A DNA stretch of 64,000 bases from the human T2T-CHM13v2.0 reference genome, Homo sapiens. The position numbers and the translations under genes are program-made. The stretch is taken from the NCBI RefSeq assembly GCF_009914755.1, contig NC_060926.1; one strand, written 5' to 3'. Positions 1 through 57,804 of the stretch are shown here, piece after piece. The stretch's first letter is position 1, and every line of letters begins with the position of its first letter. A model generated the notes under the pieces. It worked only from the letters and a program-made list of their open reading frames with translations, was not told the origin of the DNA and did not search any database.

Positions 1-131
1 TGATTTCCTATCCTCTCATTGTAATTCTGACTCTGGAGATGTAAGTTTATTTGGATGGCTGAGATTGAACAAAGATGGGAGTGGTTTTTATTACAAAGTA
101 TATTAACTGCTTGAGAGAAGACCTTTTCCTA

Positions 132-414
132 TTTTTTTTTTTTCCTTGGGACAGAGTCTCACTCTGTAGCCCAGTGCAGTGGCATGATCTTGGCTCACTG
201 CAACCTCTGCCTCCCAGGTTCAAGTGATTCTCCTGCCTCAGCTTCCTGAGAAGCTGGGATTACCGGCACCTGCCACCATGCCCGGCTACTTTTGTATTTT
301 TAGTAAAGATGGCATGTTGGCCAGGCTGGTCTTGAACTCATAACCTCAAGTGATCTGCCTTCCTCAGCCTCCCAAAGTGCTGGGATTACAGGCATGAGCC
401 ACCATTCCTGGCCT
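132..414 (-). mobile_element. Alu
   Basis: Poly-T followed by reverse-strand Alu consensus. Confidence 0.9.
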
Positions 415-429
415 GGGTTTGCATTTCAT

Positions 430-640
430 AATCACTTTGCATTAGCTTTGTGAGTTTGAGTAAGTTATTTAACCTTTCTGTGCCTTAGCTTCCTCATCTT
501 TACAATGAATGTCAACAATATCTGCCTCACGTTGTTGATAGAGGTAGAGATGCTGTAGGTGATGTGCCCAGGTATACTCGGCAGTGACAGGGACCAATAA
601 CATAGTAACTTCTGTCTTAACTATTATTAGCACAGAGGAA
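430..640. mobile_element. MIR-like SINE fragment
   Basis: 'aagttatttaacctttctgtgccttagcttcctcatct' MIR core-like motif. Confidence 0.55.
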
Positions 641-738
641 GCCATTTATAAAGTTAATAATTTTTTGGTTCCTAATGAATTATTATTGCTAAAATTTGCT
701 TTACCCTCCCCCCTCAACCTCCTTTTTTTTTCTTGCAG

Positions 739-37696
<36,958 letters not shown>

Positions 37697-37744
37697 TCTC
37701 TGGAGAAGGACAGGAAATCACCCCATTTGAAAAACAGTTTTTAT

Positions 37745-37750
37745 AATAAA
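37745..37750 (+). terminator. Candidate proximal poly(A) signal AATAAA
   Basis: AATAAA about 50 nt after the stop, followed by a T-rich tract. Confidence 0.45.
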
Positions 37751-39530
37751 TGCTAGTTTTTTCTGATCTGTCTATACAACTGCTGATAAGCCGGCTGGGC
37801 AGGAGTGCCACACCTTTTGATTCTGAGCATTTGATTCTGACTTCTGTACTCTGGTGGCCACTGGATCTTTGGGATTAAAGCTCTGTTGGATTTGTACCTC
37901 AGAGGAAGACCAAGTGGCTGATCCTTTGGACTCTGTAAAGAGCATTCTTCTAGTCAGAGGGTGGAATGGCAGCAGCAACTGGAAGAAAATGAGTTTTTTG
38001 GTGCCCACACCCAAGAGCACACACATGCTGCACTGTCTCGGAAAGCAGGGCCAGCTAGAGCCACCATGTTCTTCCTTACCTCAGTTTACCTGCGGCCTGC
38101 GCTGCACTGCAGATGCCCACCCTGCCCTGGGTCTGGCCGGCGGAAGCTCTGTCCAAGGTCCACACACCTCCAGGTTTACGCCAACATCCTTGTGCCCTCC
38201 CCACCTTCTCTTCCAACGCATTAGGTGCATTGTTTAATTGAAATCCAACCAACAATTGTGTGTCAAGGCTGGTTTGGTGCAGTGGCTGGGCAAATTAATT
38301 TTGGGCCAGGATGGGGGTGGGTTGCAGTGAGGGTAGGGAAAATGTCAGGAGTAGGAAGGTTCGGGGGTTAAGGGAAGGGAAGGAAGACCAGAACTGGCCA
38401 TCCTCTTTTATAATCCATTAGTAGCACCATGGCTCATTTGAAATGAAAATATTACACTTATTCCCCACCCAACCGCAGTGAACTTTCTAGGTAATTGTTT
38501 TGAAAACAATTTTTGTATCTGTGAAAGTCTTTGCTTTTTCTTTCCACCTTCTAGAAAAGTCTGCTACCAGTTTCCTTACTGAATACAGCCATACTCAGCC
38601 CCTCTCGCATCCAGCCCGTCAGGGTCAGGGTCAGGGTCAGGCTCCCTCAAGACGAGCACCGCATTGTCTGCCCTCTTTTGCGTAGGATTTTTCTCTCAGA
38701 CCCAGGGGACATTGCCTTGGACTTTTCTCTACAAATGCCCTCAGATGTAAGACCAGAAATGATTCTGCTTGTGGAACTCGTGGCTTTCTGTCCTATTTTC
38801 CTTTTATGTGAGCCCTGCAGGTTGCCTTTGGCGCCCACACCAGTTCTGTCTTCATGTCGCTGCATCGTGAAGCCCCATTTGCCTTTAGTCCCTGCTTTGT
38901 GTGTCTTCACTTCCACAGCCAGTGTTGCCCCTCAGGGCATACTTTGCTGGTGAACGGGCTGTAGAGTCTTGAGTATGTTATTGGCCTAAGTGGGCATGAG
39001 GCCCCAGCATCCGACTCCATCTGCCAGGCTGCAGGGCACAGCAGCACTGGCATAGACAGGCACGCTCTGTCTTCCAACGTGCACCAGCCTTTTCTTACAT
39101 ATTTTGCCTGTTTTTAAAAAATACGAGGAGAGGGTGCAGATGGATACTGTGCCCTCACCCTCCTAAGCCAGGTAATATATTGATGTGCAGACTTTTAAGA
39201 AATCTTAGTCTTATCACAAATATCAAGTAATTTATTTTTTCCATTTTCAAATGCAAAAGTTAGCCTAGGAAGCCTCCCAGTCATCCTGAAGGACCTTTTG
39301 ACTTTGCTTTTATAATTCTGTTAAAAATTGAGGAGGGGATTAATGAGTACAATGAAAACAAAACAAAACAAAAAATTAAGAAGAGGAAAGCTCAAAAGAG
39401 GATAAGAGACTGAAAAGGCACCTCAGAATGGCTGCTGTGGGCAGAGTCTGTGACATGACTTTCCCCGCCCTGCCCCTCTGTTCAGAGCAGCTGGAAAGAT
39501 GGGATCAGTAAGATTAAAAAACTTTTGTTC

Positions 39531-39872
<342 letters not shown>

Positions 39873-40850
39873 TCAGACGGGTGACTGCTGCTGTCCACAA
39901 CTGTGGGCGGAAGTGTGCCTTTTCCCAGTTTCTCGTCCAGGAGGTTGCATAGCAAATACTCAAGTCACTGGGATATATGCTTTCCAAATGCTGGCCCCCA
40001 TAGCACCTTTCCCCATGTCTTTCTACCAAGCCTCTTATGTTTAATCTGTGCAGGGAAGACAAGAGTAGACCATATTCTCTGTGTGCTGTGCATGTCCTGG
40101 TGTCACTCATTGCCTCTTATCTGTCGCCATTCTAATATAAGTCAGCTTAATAGTTGACTCTGAATAATGCAAAACCCAGCTTGCTTCCAGAATGGCCTAG
40201 GACCCTCCTCCTCCTGCCAGTTTTTTTTTTTTTTTTTGGTTCATGTGGCATAATCATCTTTCAAAATTAACCAAATGCCCCAGAAAATGATGTTACCACT
40301 AAAATATTTTCTCCAAGAAGGCATACTGTAACAGAAAAGATAGGTAAGATATTTTTTTCCCAAGAAGTAAGAATTGATTGTGCTGAATGTTCAAACTCTG
40401 GAAACTGTTCACAGTATGTTGTTCTTAGCTGTTATTTATATAAAGTGAATTATTTTCTCTCTCAATCATGCCATAGTGGAGACTTTTGTTTGTGAGTAAG
40501 TGACAGAGTAATATGAAATAATGTGATATGTCAGAGTGACATGCAGCATCCTGAGCCTGTTTTTATGTTCTGTGTACAGTGGCATTTGATTGAGATCAAA
40601 GCCTGTCACAGCCTGCTGCTGGGGGTGTGGGGATATGCCAGAGTCCTGTGTTTGGTTTTAGAAGTTTACTGAATGTTTCCCACATGGAGAATAATGGATG
40701 GCATGTTAGTTTCTTTAAGAGTGGTAAAGTTGTACATCTGTCATTGTTGCATTTCGAATTGAACACATAGATGCTTGCCTGTCTGCTTGGGTGAATGCCT
40801 CTTGGGAGAGCGAAGATTACGTGCATGATGTATGTTAAGAAACAGTTTCC

Positions 40851-41201
<351 letters not shown>

Positions 41202-41205
41202 TTAA

Positions 41206-41512
<307 letters not shown>

Positions 41513-42023
41513 AAGCCCTCGTGTTCTGAACCTTGTCAAGGCTCTGCCTGAATGAGTTTTCATCTGATTGTGGGGACCAAGTCCCTGAGTAGAGGGCCAA
41601 GAGCTAGGGACAGGGGGAAGAGACTGGCCCAGGTGGTAGGGAGGAAAGAACTCCCAGAGTTTCCTTTAGCCAGGAAACCTGCTCTACTGACCCCGTGACT
41701 TGGACAGTCAGACATCACCCTGAGAGTGACAAGTGTAAAATGACTCCCTTCCTCCCCCGCCCTCCGGAAGTATATTTAGATACTTGAAAGCAGTCCTTTT
41801 CTAAAATGGCCTTACCTATGTGGCCTGAACGATTAAAAGAAAGAACTCAGAGTTACAAGGGAAAAAGAAAAAGAGTTACAAGGGAATTGTAGTCTTTTTC
41901 TGAATAGAATATTAGTACTGTGGTATTGCATTTCATGGGAATGGAAATGTATTGGTAAAGCTACCTGATGGAAGCTTTCTCTTGGTAACAAAAATGGAGG
42001 GTGTATTATGTGCAGTTATTTAA

Positions 42024-42520
<497 letters not shown>

Positions 42521-43031
42521 CATTGTTGTGTAATTTTAATAATTAGTTTTTTAAGTACTTGATTTTATGGGCACATTTTTGTGGGATGATTGGAGTTAAT
42601 CAAATAAAGCTTGTCATGTGTGTAGTTTGGTAAGATAACTTCTTTAAATTCATGTTTTCTCTGCCTTGAGGTAGTGAGGGAAAGATCTTAATCAGTATTT
42701 TGGTAATTAACTGATTGAATTCAAGCAAATGAGACATCATGAACTTCAGTGGTTATTGATATTTCAGGGTATATACCTGAAATGCCTAGAGGATACAGAT
42801 TTCTCATTTCATTCTTTGGTCTTTCATTTCTCTATATACAGAAATGAAATGACACTTCTGGGAGGCAGTAGAAGCAGGAAGTCAATGAATTGAGTAGAGG
42901 GTCCCATTCCCTCAGGCTGTCATTGATCAGTGACAATTTATAAAAACAAACTGCAAAGTCTGTGGCAAGTGGCTGCCTGCTTCCTAGAAGGAGCCCATGA
43001 AGGTTAAACTCTGTGGTCGGTATTTGCAAGC

Positions 43032-43113
43032 GCCGGGCGTGGTGGCTCACGCCTGTAATCCTAGCACCTTGGGAGGCCAAGGCAGGCGGATCACCCGAGG
43101 TCAGGAGTTTGAG
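43032..43113 (+). mobile_element. 3'-truncated, tailless Alu fragment with 10-bp TSD
   Basis: Alu 5' end to 'ggagtttgag', flanked by atttgcaagc at 43022-43031 and 43115-43124. Confidence 0.85.
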
Positions 43114-43365
43114 GATTTGCAAGCAAAAGGTCCTCTCCTGAGTCTTTCCCAGATACCCAGCAGTGCAGAGGCTAGCTGTGGAAGGTTGCAGTGGGACAGG
43201 AATGTATTGTATGCCTTGCCTTACTTGTCACCATTGAGATTTCCAGAGAAATGGGCATAACGTCTCTTAACAACAACAGCAGAAAGCAAAATACATTAAC
43301 TTAAGGTTGACAACAAAAGATTATCAAGTACCATGTTTTCCAACCAACCAGTTATTCGTGGTAAT

Positions 43366-43610
43366 AATAAAATAAAGGTGGGAAAATGTTATAATTTTTA
43401 AGGAAACTGTGTACTTTAAAAATCTTCTTTATGAATATCCAATGTTACTGTAATCCTGCTCCATTAAATGCAGCATTGTTGTCAGGTGCTGCCTCTTGCT
43501 TGGGAACAGCATTGGGCTTTTAAATGTCTGCAGAATCTCTGCGTTCGAAGGGAATTGAGAATGAACTTCCTGGTACTGTAATGAAAATAAGGTCTGCTCA
43601 ACACAGTAAA
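43366..43610 (+). terminator. Candidate distal poly(A) signal cluster
   Basis: Overlapping AATAAA at 43366/43371; TGTA elements; AGTAAA at 43605-43610 followed by T/GT-rich sequence. Confidence 0.45.
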
Positions 43611-45255
43611 CGTTTCCTCTCTTCTTTAAAACTGCGCAGTCATTTGGCCTTTGTGTTTAGGAAGGGCAGATTGATAGAGCACAAAGTCCAACCCCTTCAT
43701 CTAGCAGAAGCTGCAAACCCAGACAGAGGAACGAGGGCTTTACCTGAGTCTTGTCTGCTGCTGGGGCTGGCTTCGGGTTGCATCCAGTTCTTTGGATTCT
43801 GAGGATCCAAAGCACCCAGGTCTCCTCCAGGTCCTCAACCTCTGGGAGCTGCCCCAGGCAGAACTTGGCAGGCAGGCATAACAGGTGGGGTGGGAGGGGG
43901 AACCTCAAGGCAAGAAGGTGTCATGAGACCCCTGGGCCGGCAGAGTTCCTTAGGAGGGTGGCATGGACTTTGCATTTTGCCAGTTCTCTGAGCTCCTACT
44001 CCGGGGTGGATATGCATTGAGGATGTAGTCTCTGTGTGATGATGGGGAGGGCGGGGAGGGGCACCTGGTGCCTGTGAAGGCGCAAGAGAGGGCCCTAAGG
44101 TGCAGGACCAGGACTAAGCTGCTACAAGGAGGTGGTGCTTAGGTTGAAGCCTGAGGACTAAGTAGGGGCGAGGGGTGGGCAGAGGGGAGGAGCTTGAGCT
44201 AGTGTTTTTGAGGGAGCTGCATGGAAGCCTGCACGTGGCCAGGAGAGGGGGAATGGGTTTGATCCTGGGGGCACAAGAAGGCCCTTCAGGGGTTTAAACT
44301 GGGTGCTGGCACTAAATGGGTTTTTTCTTGTAATAAACTTTGTGTTGAGGTCTGTAGCACATACTGAAAAGTACATAAACACACACCTTGATAGTTTTTC
44401 ACAAAGTGAAAGCACTAGCATATCCATCATCCAGATAAAGAAAAGGAAGTTGGAGTTTATTTTAACACTTAAACATCTGATTACAGTCTGGCATCCAGGA
44501 AGGGCAGAGCAGCATGTGTCAGACCAGCCTACGCCTGATCATTACACACACTATTTGAAAAGCACTAGAGCCTGCTGAGATACCGGCAAGAGAGGGAGAG
44601 CACGAACCATCAGAAGAAGTGAAACCTCATGTGGCTCACAGGGAATAAAACAGAAGGTGGCAGGCTTACTAGGCCCAGGAGCCAAGTCACTTCAGGACGT
44701 TCTTGGCCGCTGCACACTTGTGTGGGGGCACATCCCAGAAAGGAGGAAGCCATAGAAGCCCCCAACTTTGCCTTGTATAGTCTCATCAAGTTCTTGGCGG
44801 GTTCCTGTATTATACATAAACAGGGCAGAATTCCAAATGGAAAGCAACACTTGGAAGGCTGGAAAAGCTGAGTAGAGATTTCAGAAGATGTGCTGGGGAG
44901 AAGAAGTTTAGAATTCATTTTCCATCAAATTAGAGGGATTTGGTAACTATTTCAGACTTTGCATCGAAAACCCAGGGTGTAGGCCTTAGGATTAGGACCA
45001 CATCACAGAACTCAAATCTAGGGTCTAGGACTGAGGGCAACACTAAGATAGACCTACCCTCGTAAAGCCTAAAATGAAGGCTTAGCAGAATCAGGGTGAT
45101 CGCTAGTAACCAAACTCTGCTAAAACAAAAGTTTTTGTGGGAAAAAACTGAATCCAGAGTGTCTATAGTATATTATTCAGAATGTCCTGTATATAACCAC
45201 ATCAGTAGGCACGACAGGAAGTGGGAACATATGACGTGATCAAGAAAAAAAATCA

Positions 45256-46424
<1,169 letters not shown>

Positions 46425-46684
46425 TAAACTGAGAGTTTGTACTCTTTTGATCTGCATCTCCCCATTTCCCCATTTGCAGAAGAAAAGTCAGTGAACTTGA
46501 AGACACGTTAATAGAAATTATCTAAATTGAAAAACAAAGTGGAAGAAGAGATTGAAAAAGAATAAATGAGCAGAGACTCAGTAAACTGTGAGACAGTATA
46601 ACAAATGCGTAACTAGAATCCCAGGAGAGGAGAGAAAATGTGGCAGAAAAAAAAATACGGAGAAATATTGGCCAAAATTGTTTG

Positions 46685-47120
46685 TTTTTTGAAAATGCGG
46701 TCTTGGCCCAGTTTTGAGGCCCTAGCTTTGAGGTCCTGGCTAGAGGCCAGTCAGTCCTCTAGAGCAGCCAATCAAGTTTACACCCTCAACTACCTCCCTT
46801 CTTCAGCTCAAGCTCCAGGCCAGCACTCTGACACCCCAGGGCAGTACCAGACATCCTGCAACAGCCCCTGTGGCCCAGCGCCAGCTGAGATTATTCCAGT
46901 CAGTCTCAGTCTGCTGCCCCTGCCTCACCTGTTCCTTCCTGGGAAACCACAATAAGGGGTCTTGCCCACATTCCCCTGCTCCCTGTGCCCCATAACCAGT
47001 GGTTGCTTCCACTGAGTGGCCCTGCGTGGAGTGCTGTTTCTCCCCAGGGAACTGAGTGCGACATGTCAAATTTACCGTTTCTCTCTTGATCTGCATCTGG
47101 CCTCACCGGAATCACCACTC
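46685..47120 (+). mobile_element. Probable ERV-class solo LTR inside an old L1 (family not determined)
   Basis: GC-richer block interrupting A-rich L1-like sequence; CCAAT box and U5-like end. Confidence 0.4.
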
Positions 47121-47367
47121 CCTCCCCTTAAAAGCAGGATGAATATAAAGAAGGCCACACCTAGGTGCATCATAGTCAAATGCTGAAAATTAAAGATAAA
47201 ATCATGAAAAAGTAGTAGCCAGGAAAACAAAAACACCTGATGTGGAGGGGAACAACAATGAAAATGACAGCTGACTTCCCATCAGGAACAGGGGAGTGAC
47301 GTCATAGAATGCTGAAAGGAGCTAACATCCTACATGCAGGGAAAATATTCCTCAAAAATGAACCTGG

Positions 47368-47724
<357 letters not shown>

Positions 47725-47854
47725 CTACAAAATTGCTTTAAAAAAAAAGGCTCCCAGGGGGGTGGCCCCAAGAGTTGGGGTTCAGTGTCCTCCAAGCCCT
47801 GGTCCTCTCCAATAGGCCTGGGATCTGCCCCACCTGACCCGTTCTCCCGACCCT

Positions 47855-50641
<2,787 letters not shown>

Positions 50642-51289
50642 TTAATTAAAAAATTCCCCTGAAACATAAAACTTGATCAACCCAATAGAAGACAGGAATG
50701 GAAGGACAAAAGAATCAGTACAGAGGAGACAAATGACTAACTAGTAGCCATCAAACTCAAAACTAAAAAATATCAGTAATTACAAGTTAATTTTCTTAAA
50801 CACTCTAAATAAAAGGCTGAGATTTTCACATTGGACTTTAAAAAGGAATTTACCAGAATTGCACGTTAAATGAAAGTAGATAGGGTGAAAGAGATCTAGG
50901 GGGTGGTCACTGCACTGAGTCATTGATCTGGCAAGATCAACTGGAAGCAACTATTCTGGAGCTCTGGACCATGTTCAAACACTTACAACCACCAGGGAAG
51001 CACTTCCTGAAGGAAGAGACTGCTGATTTGTGAGTGAGTGGCATATGTGACCCACCACCATCCTCCCTCCTCAGTGCCACCTCAGCTGTAGGGTTGGCTG
51101 CCTGCACTCTTGGAACATCTCACTGGTGCCAGTGTAGGCAGTACTGATCTCCTCCTCCAAAAAAATTGGATCTGTAAATTTTGGCTGGTCTGGTGTACCC
51201 TGAGGAAGCAGCACAGGCACCTGCTTTAGTTTGCCCTCTTGGCAGTGGTGGCAGCTGCTTCTGCTTACCCTTCTATCAGACGATTTAGC

Positions 51290-51742
51290 TTCTTGATGGG
51301 CGCCACCAACATGGTGTTCAGGCACTTTGTGGAGGTTGGCCAAGTGGCTTACATCTCTGGACCTCATGCTGGAAAGCTGGTTGCGATTATAGATGTTGTT
51401 GATGAGAACAGGGCTTTGGTTGGTGGAGCTTGCACTCAGGTAAGGAGACAGGCCATGCCATTTAAATGCATGCAGCTCACTGACTTTATCCTCAAGTTCC
51501 CACCCAGTGCCCACCCCAGAGGCATGGCCAAGAAGCCTGGCAGAAGGCAACCATCAATACAAAATGGACAGGCACACAATGGGCCAAGAAGAGTGAAGCC
51601 AAAGAAGGGGAAGCCAAAATGATAGATTTTGATCATTTTAGTCATGAAGGCAAAGAAAATGAGGAACAGAATGATCAAGAATTAAATTAAGAAGCTTCAA
51701 AAGGCTGCTGTCCTGAAAGCTTCTCCCCATATAGCACCTGTT
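51290..51742 (+). pseudogene. Processed pseudogene of ribosomal protein RPL14, 3'-truncated
   Basis: ATG at 51311: [64 protein letters not shown], intronless, then frameshifts and KKLQKAAVLKASP. Confidence 0.92.
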
Positions 51743-52007
51743 GCCCAGGCTGGCGTGCCAGTGGCATGATCTTGGTTCACTGCAACCTCTGCATCCCAGG
51801 TTCAAGCAGTCCTCCCACCTCAGCCTCCTGAGTAGCTGGGACTACAGGCACTTGCCACCAGGCCTGGCTAGATTTTTTTGTATTTTTGGTAGAGACGGGA
51901 TTTAGCTATGTTGGCCAGGCTGGTCTCAAACTCCTGACCTCAAGTGATCTACTGGTCTCTGCCTCCCAAAGTGCTGGAATTATAGGCATGAGCCACTGGA
52001 CCCAGCC
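51738..52007 (-). mobile_element. Antisense Alu lacking its tail, fused to the RPL14 pseudogene
   Basis: 'ctgttgcccaggctgg' begins directly after RPL14-like sequence. Confidence 0.85.
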
Positions 52008-52009
52008 AA

Positions 52010-54810
<2,801 letters not shown>

Positions 54811-55768
54811 CTCAATTTAAAAACTCCAACTATAATTATGCAGTAACATGTATATTTCCCTTTTTAGCTGTCAATTATTGCTCCATGTTTTTATTATTTT
54901 TAGAGATGAGGTCTTGTTATGTTGCTGAGGATGGACTTGAACTCCTGGGCTCAAATGATCCCCCCACCTTAGCCTCCTGAGTAGCTGGTAGTACAGGTGC
55001 CCACCAGCATGCCTGGCTTGCTCCATGTATTTTTTTGGTTGCAATTTTATTGTGGTGCAATTCATATAACATAAAATTTACCATTTTAACCATTTTTACA
55101 TGTACAGTTTAGTGATCTTAAGTACATTCACAGTGTTGTGCAACCATCACCACTATTCATTCCCAGCACTTTTTCATCATCCTATACAGAAACTCTGTGC
55201 CCTTTAAATCATCATTCCCCCTTCTCTTCTCTCTCCAAGTCCCTAGAAACTTCTTCTTCTTTTTGTTTTTGAGATAGAGTCTTACTCGATCGCCCAGGCT
55301 GGAGTGCAGTGGCGCCATCTCTGCTCATTGCAACCTCCATCTCCCGGGTTCAAGGAGGCATGTCCCCTCGTGCCTCAGCCTCCCAAGTAGCTGAGATTAC
55401 AGGTGCGTGCCACTACACCCGTCTAATTTTTGTATTTTTAGTAGAGATGGGTTTTCACCATGTTGGCCAGCCTGGTCTTGAACTCCTGACCTCAGGTGAT
55501 CCACCCGCCTTGGCCCCCCAAAGTGCTGGGATTGCAGGGGTGAACCACCGCGCCGGGCCCAGCCCCTAGTAATTCCTGTCTATATGAATTTGCCTATTCT
55601 GGGTACCTCATGTAGGTGGGATCGCAATATTTGCCCTTTTATGTCTGGCTTAATTTCACTTAGCATAGTGTCCTCAAAGTTCATCCACTTTGTAGCATGC
55701 CTTAGTCAGCTCTGCCCTTAGTCAGCTCTGCTGCCATAACAAAATGCCACAGACTGGGTGGCTTCAAC

Positions 55769-56109
55769 CAGCGGTCCCCAACCTTTTTGGCAGCAGGGAC
55801 TGGTTTGGTGGAAGACAATATTTCCACGGGGTGTTGGTGAGGGTATGGTTTCAGGATGAAACTGTTCCACCTCAGATCATCAGGCATTCGTTAGATTCTG
55901 ATAAGTAGTGCGCAACCTGGATCCCTCGCATGGGCAGTTCACGATGAGGTTTGCGCTCCTGTGAGAATCTAGCGGGGTGGCTGAACTGAGAGGGGGTGGA
56001 GCTCGTGCGGTGATGCTCGCTCACCCGCCTCCCCGCTCCTGCTGTGCGGCCTGCTTCCTAACAGGCCAGAGACCCGTACCCGGCCACAGCCCCGGGCTCG
56101 GAGACCCTG
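55769..56109. mobile_element. MER1B-like hAT DNA transposon
   Basis: 341 bp, termini cagcggtcccc...gagaccctg, 8-bp TSD gcttcaac/gcttaaac. Confidence 0.8.
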
Positions 56110-56135
56110 GCTTAAACGACGTAAATGTATTTCTC

Positions 56136-57804
56136 CACCATCCGGGAAGTGAGGAGCGCCTCTGCCCAGCTGCCCAACTGAGGGGATGTGAGGAGCGCCT
56201 CTGCCCGGCCGCCACACCGCGTGGGATGTGAGGAGTGCCTCTGCCCAGCTGCCCAACTGGGAAGTGAGGAGAGCCTCTGCCCGGCTGCCCACCATCTGGC
56301 AAGTGAAGAGCGCCTCTGCCTGGCTGCCCACCATCTGGGAAGTGAGGAGCGCCTCTGCCCAGCTGCCCACTGTCTGGGAAGTGAGGAGCGCCTCTGCCAG
56401 GCTTCCGCCCTGTCTGGGAAGTGAGGAGAGTCTCTTCCTGGCTGCCCACCGTCTGGAAGTCAGGAGCATCTCTGCCCAGCTGCCGCCCCATTTGGGAAGT
56501 CAGGAGTGCCTCTGTCCTGCCGCCGCCCGGTCTGGTATTTGGGGAGTGCCTCTGCCCAGCTGCCAACCATCTGGGAAGTGAGGAGCGTCTCTGCCCAGCT
56601 GCCCACAGTCTGCAAAGTGAGGAATGCCTCTGCCCAGCTGCCAACCGTCTGGGAAGTGAGGAGCCCCTCTGCCCTGCCACCACCCCGTCTGGAAAGTGAG
56701 AAGCGCCTCTGCCCTGACGCCCAACTGTCTGGGAAGTGAGAAGTGCCTCGACCCAGCCGCCCACCCTCTGGCAAGCGAGGAGCGCCTCTGCCCGGCTGCC
56801 GCCCCATCTGGGAGGTGAAGAGCGCCTCTGCCTGGCTGCCCACCATCTGGGAAGTGAGGAGCGCCTCTGCCCGGCTGTCCACTGTCTGGGAAGTGAGGAG
56901 AGCCTCTGCCTGACTGCCCACCATCTGGGAAATGAGGAGCGCCTCTGCCCAGCTGCCCACTGTCTGGGAAGTGAGGAGCACCTCTGCCAGGCTTCCGCCC
57001 TATCTGGGAAGTGAGGAGAGTCTTTTCCTGGCTGCCCACCGTCTGGAAGTCAGGAGCATCTCTGCCCAGCTGCCGCCCCGTTTGGGAAGTCAGGAGTGCC
57101 TCTGCCCTGCCGCTGCCTGGTCTGGGATTTGGGGAGTGCCTCTACCCAGCTGCCAACCATCTGGGAAGTGAGGAGCGTCTCTGCCCAGCTGCCCACAGTC
57201 TGCAAAGTGAGGAATGCCTCTGCCCAGCTGCCAACCATCTGGGAAGTGAGGAGCCCCTCTGCCCTGCCGCCACCCCGTCTGGAAAGTGAGAAGCGCCTCT
57301 GCCCTGACGCCCAACTGTCTGGGAAGTGAGAAGTGCCTCGACCCAGCCGCCCACCCTCTGGCAAGCGAGGAGCGCCTCTGCCCGGCTGCCGCCCCATCTG
57401 GGAAGTGAAGAGCGCCTATGCCCGGCTGCCCACCATCTGGGAAGTGATGAGGGCCTCTGCCTGGCTGCCAACTGTCTGGGCAGTGAGAAGTGCCTTTGCC
57501 TGGCTGCCCACCGTCTGGCAAGTGAGGACTGCCTCTGCCCAGCCACCCTGTCTGGCAAGTGAGGAGTGCCTTTGCCCAGCTGCTGCCCTGTCTAGGAAGT
57601 GAGGAGCGTCTCTGTCTGGCTGCCGCCCTGTCTGGGAAATGAGGAGTGCCTCTGCCCAGCTGCTGTGCGACCTTCCAAGTGTGAAGTGACAGCCTTGTGT
57701 GTGATCTTTTCTGTCTTCCCCAAGTTTGCATTTTCGACATTAAAGTTTACTTTTTAGTTAAAAGTTTTAAATTGGAGAATATAAAATAAAAATTAAAATT
57801 AAAA
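56136..57804 (+). mobile_element. SVA2-type VNTR retroelement (SVA VNTR + 3' unique region + A tail; no Alu-like part or SINE-R)
   Basis: About 38-40-bp repeats 'gggaagtgaggagcgcctctgcccggctgccc'; 3' tail 'gtgtgaagtgacagccttgtgtgtgatc...gacattaaagtttac'; 13-bp TSD aaatgtatttctc (56123-56135, 57805-57817). Confidence 0.85.

Noticed and set aside
51239-51622. 127-aa ORF with an RPL14-like core as a functional retrogene
   Set aside because: It has a codon deletion, a frameshift after FPPSAH, many substitutions and a lost 3' end, so it is a pseudogene.
55969-57740. Many long overlapping ORFs (up to 247 aa) with repeated peptides, superficially like a repeat protein or CRISPR-like array
   Set aside because: They arise from the GC-rich SVA-type VNTR. 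The units are tandem degenerate copies with no unique spacers, and no cas genes are present in this primate DNA.
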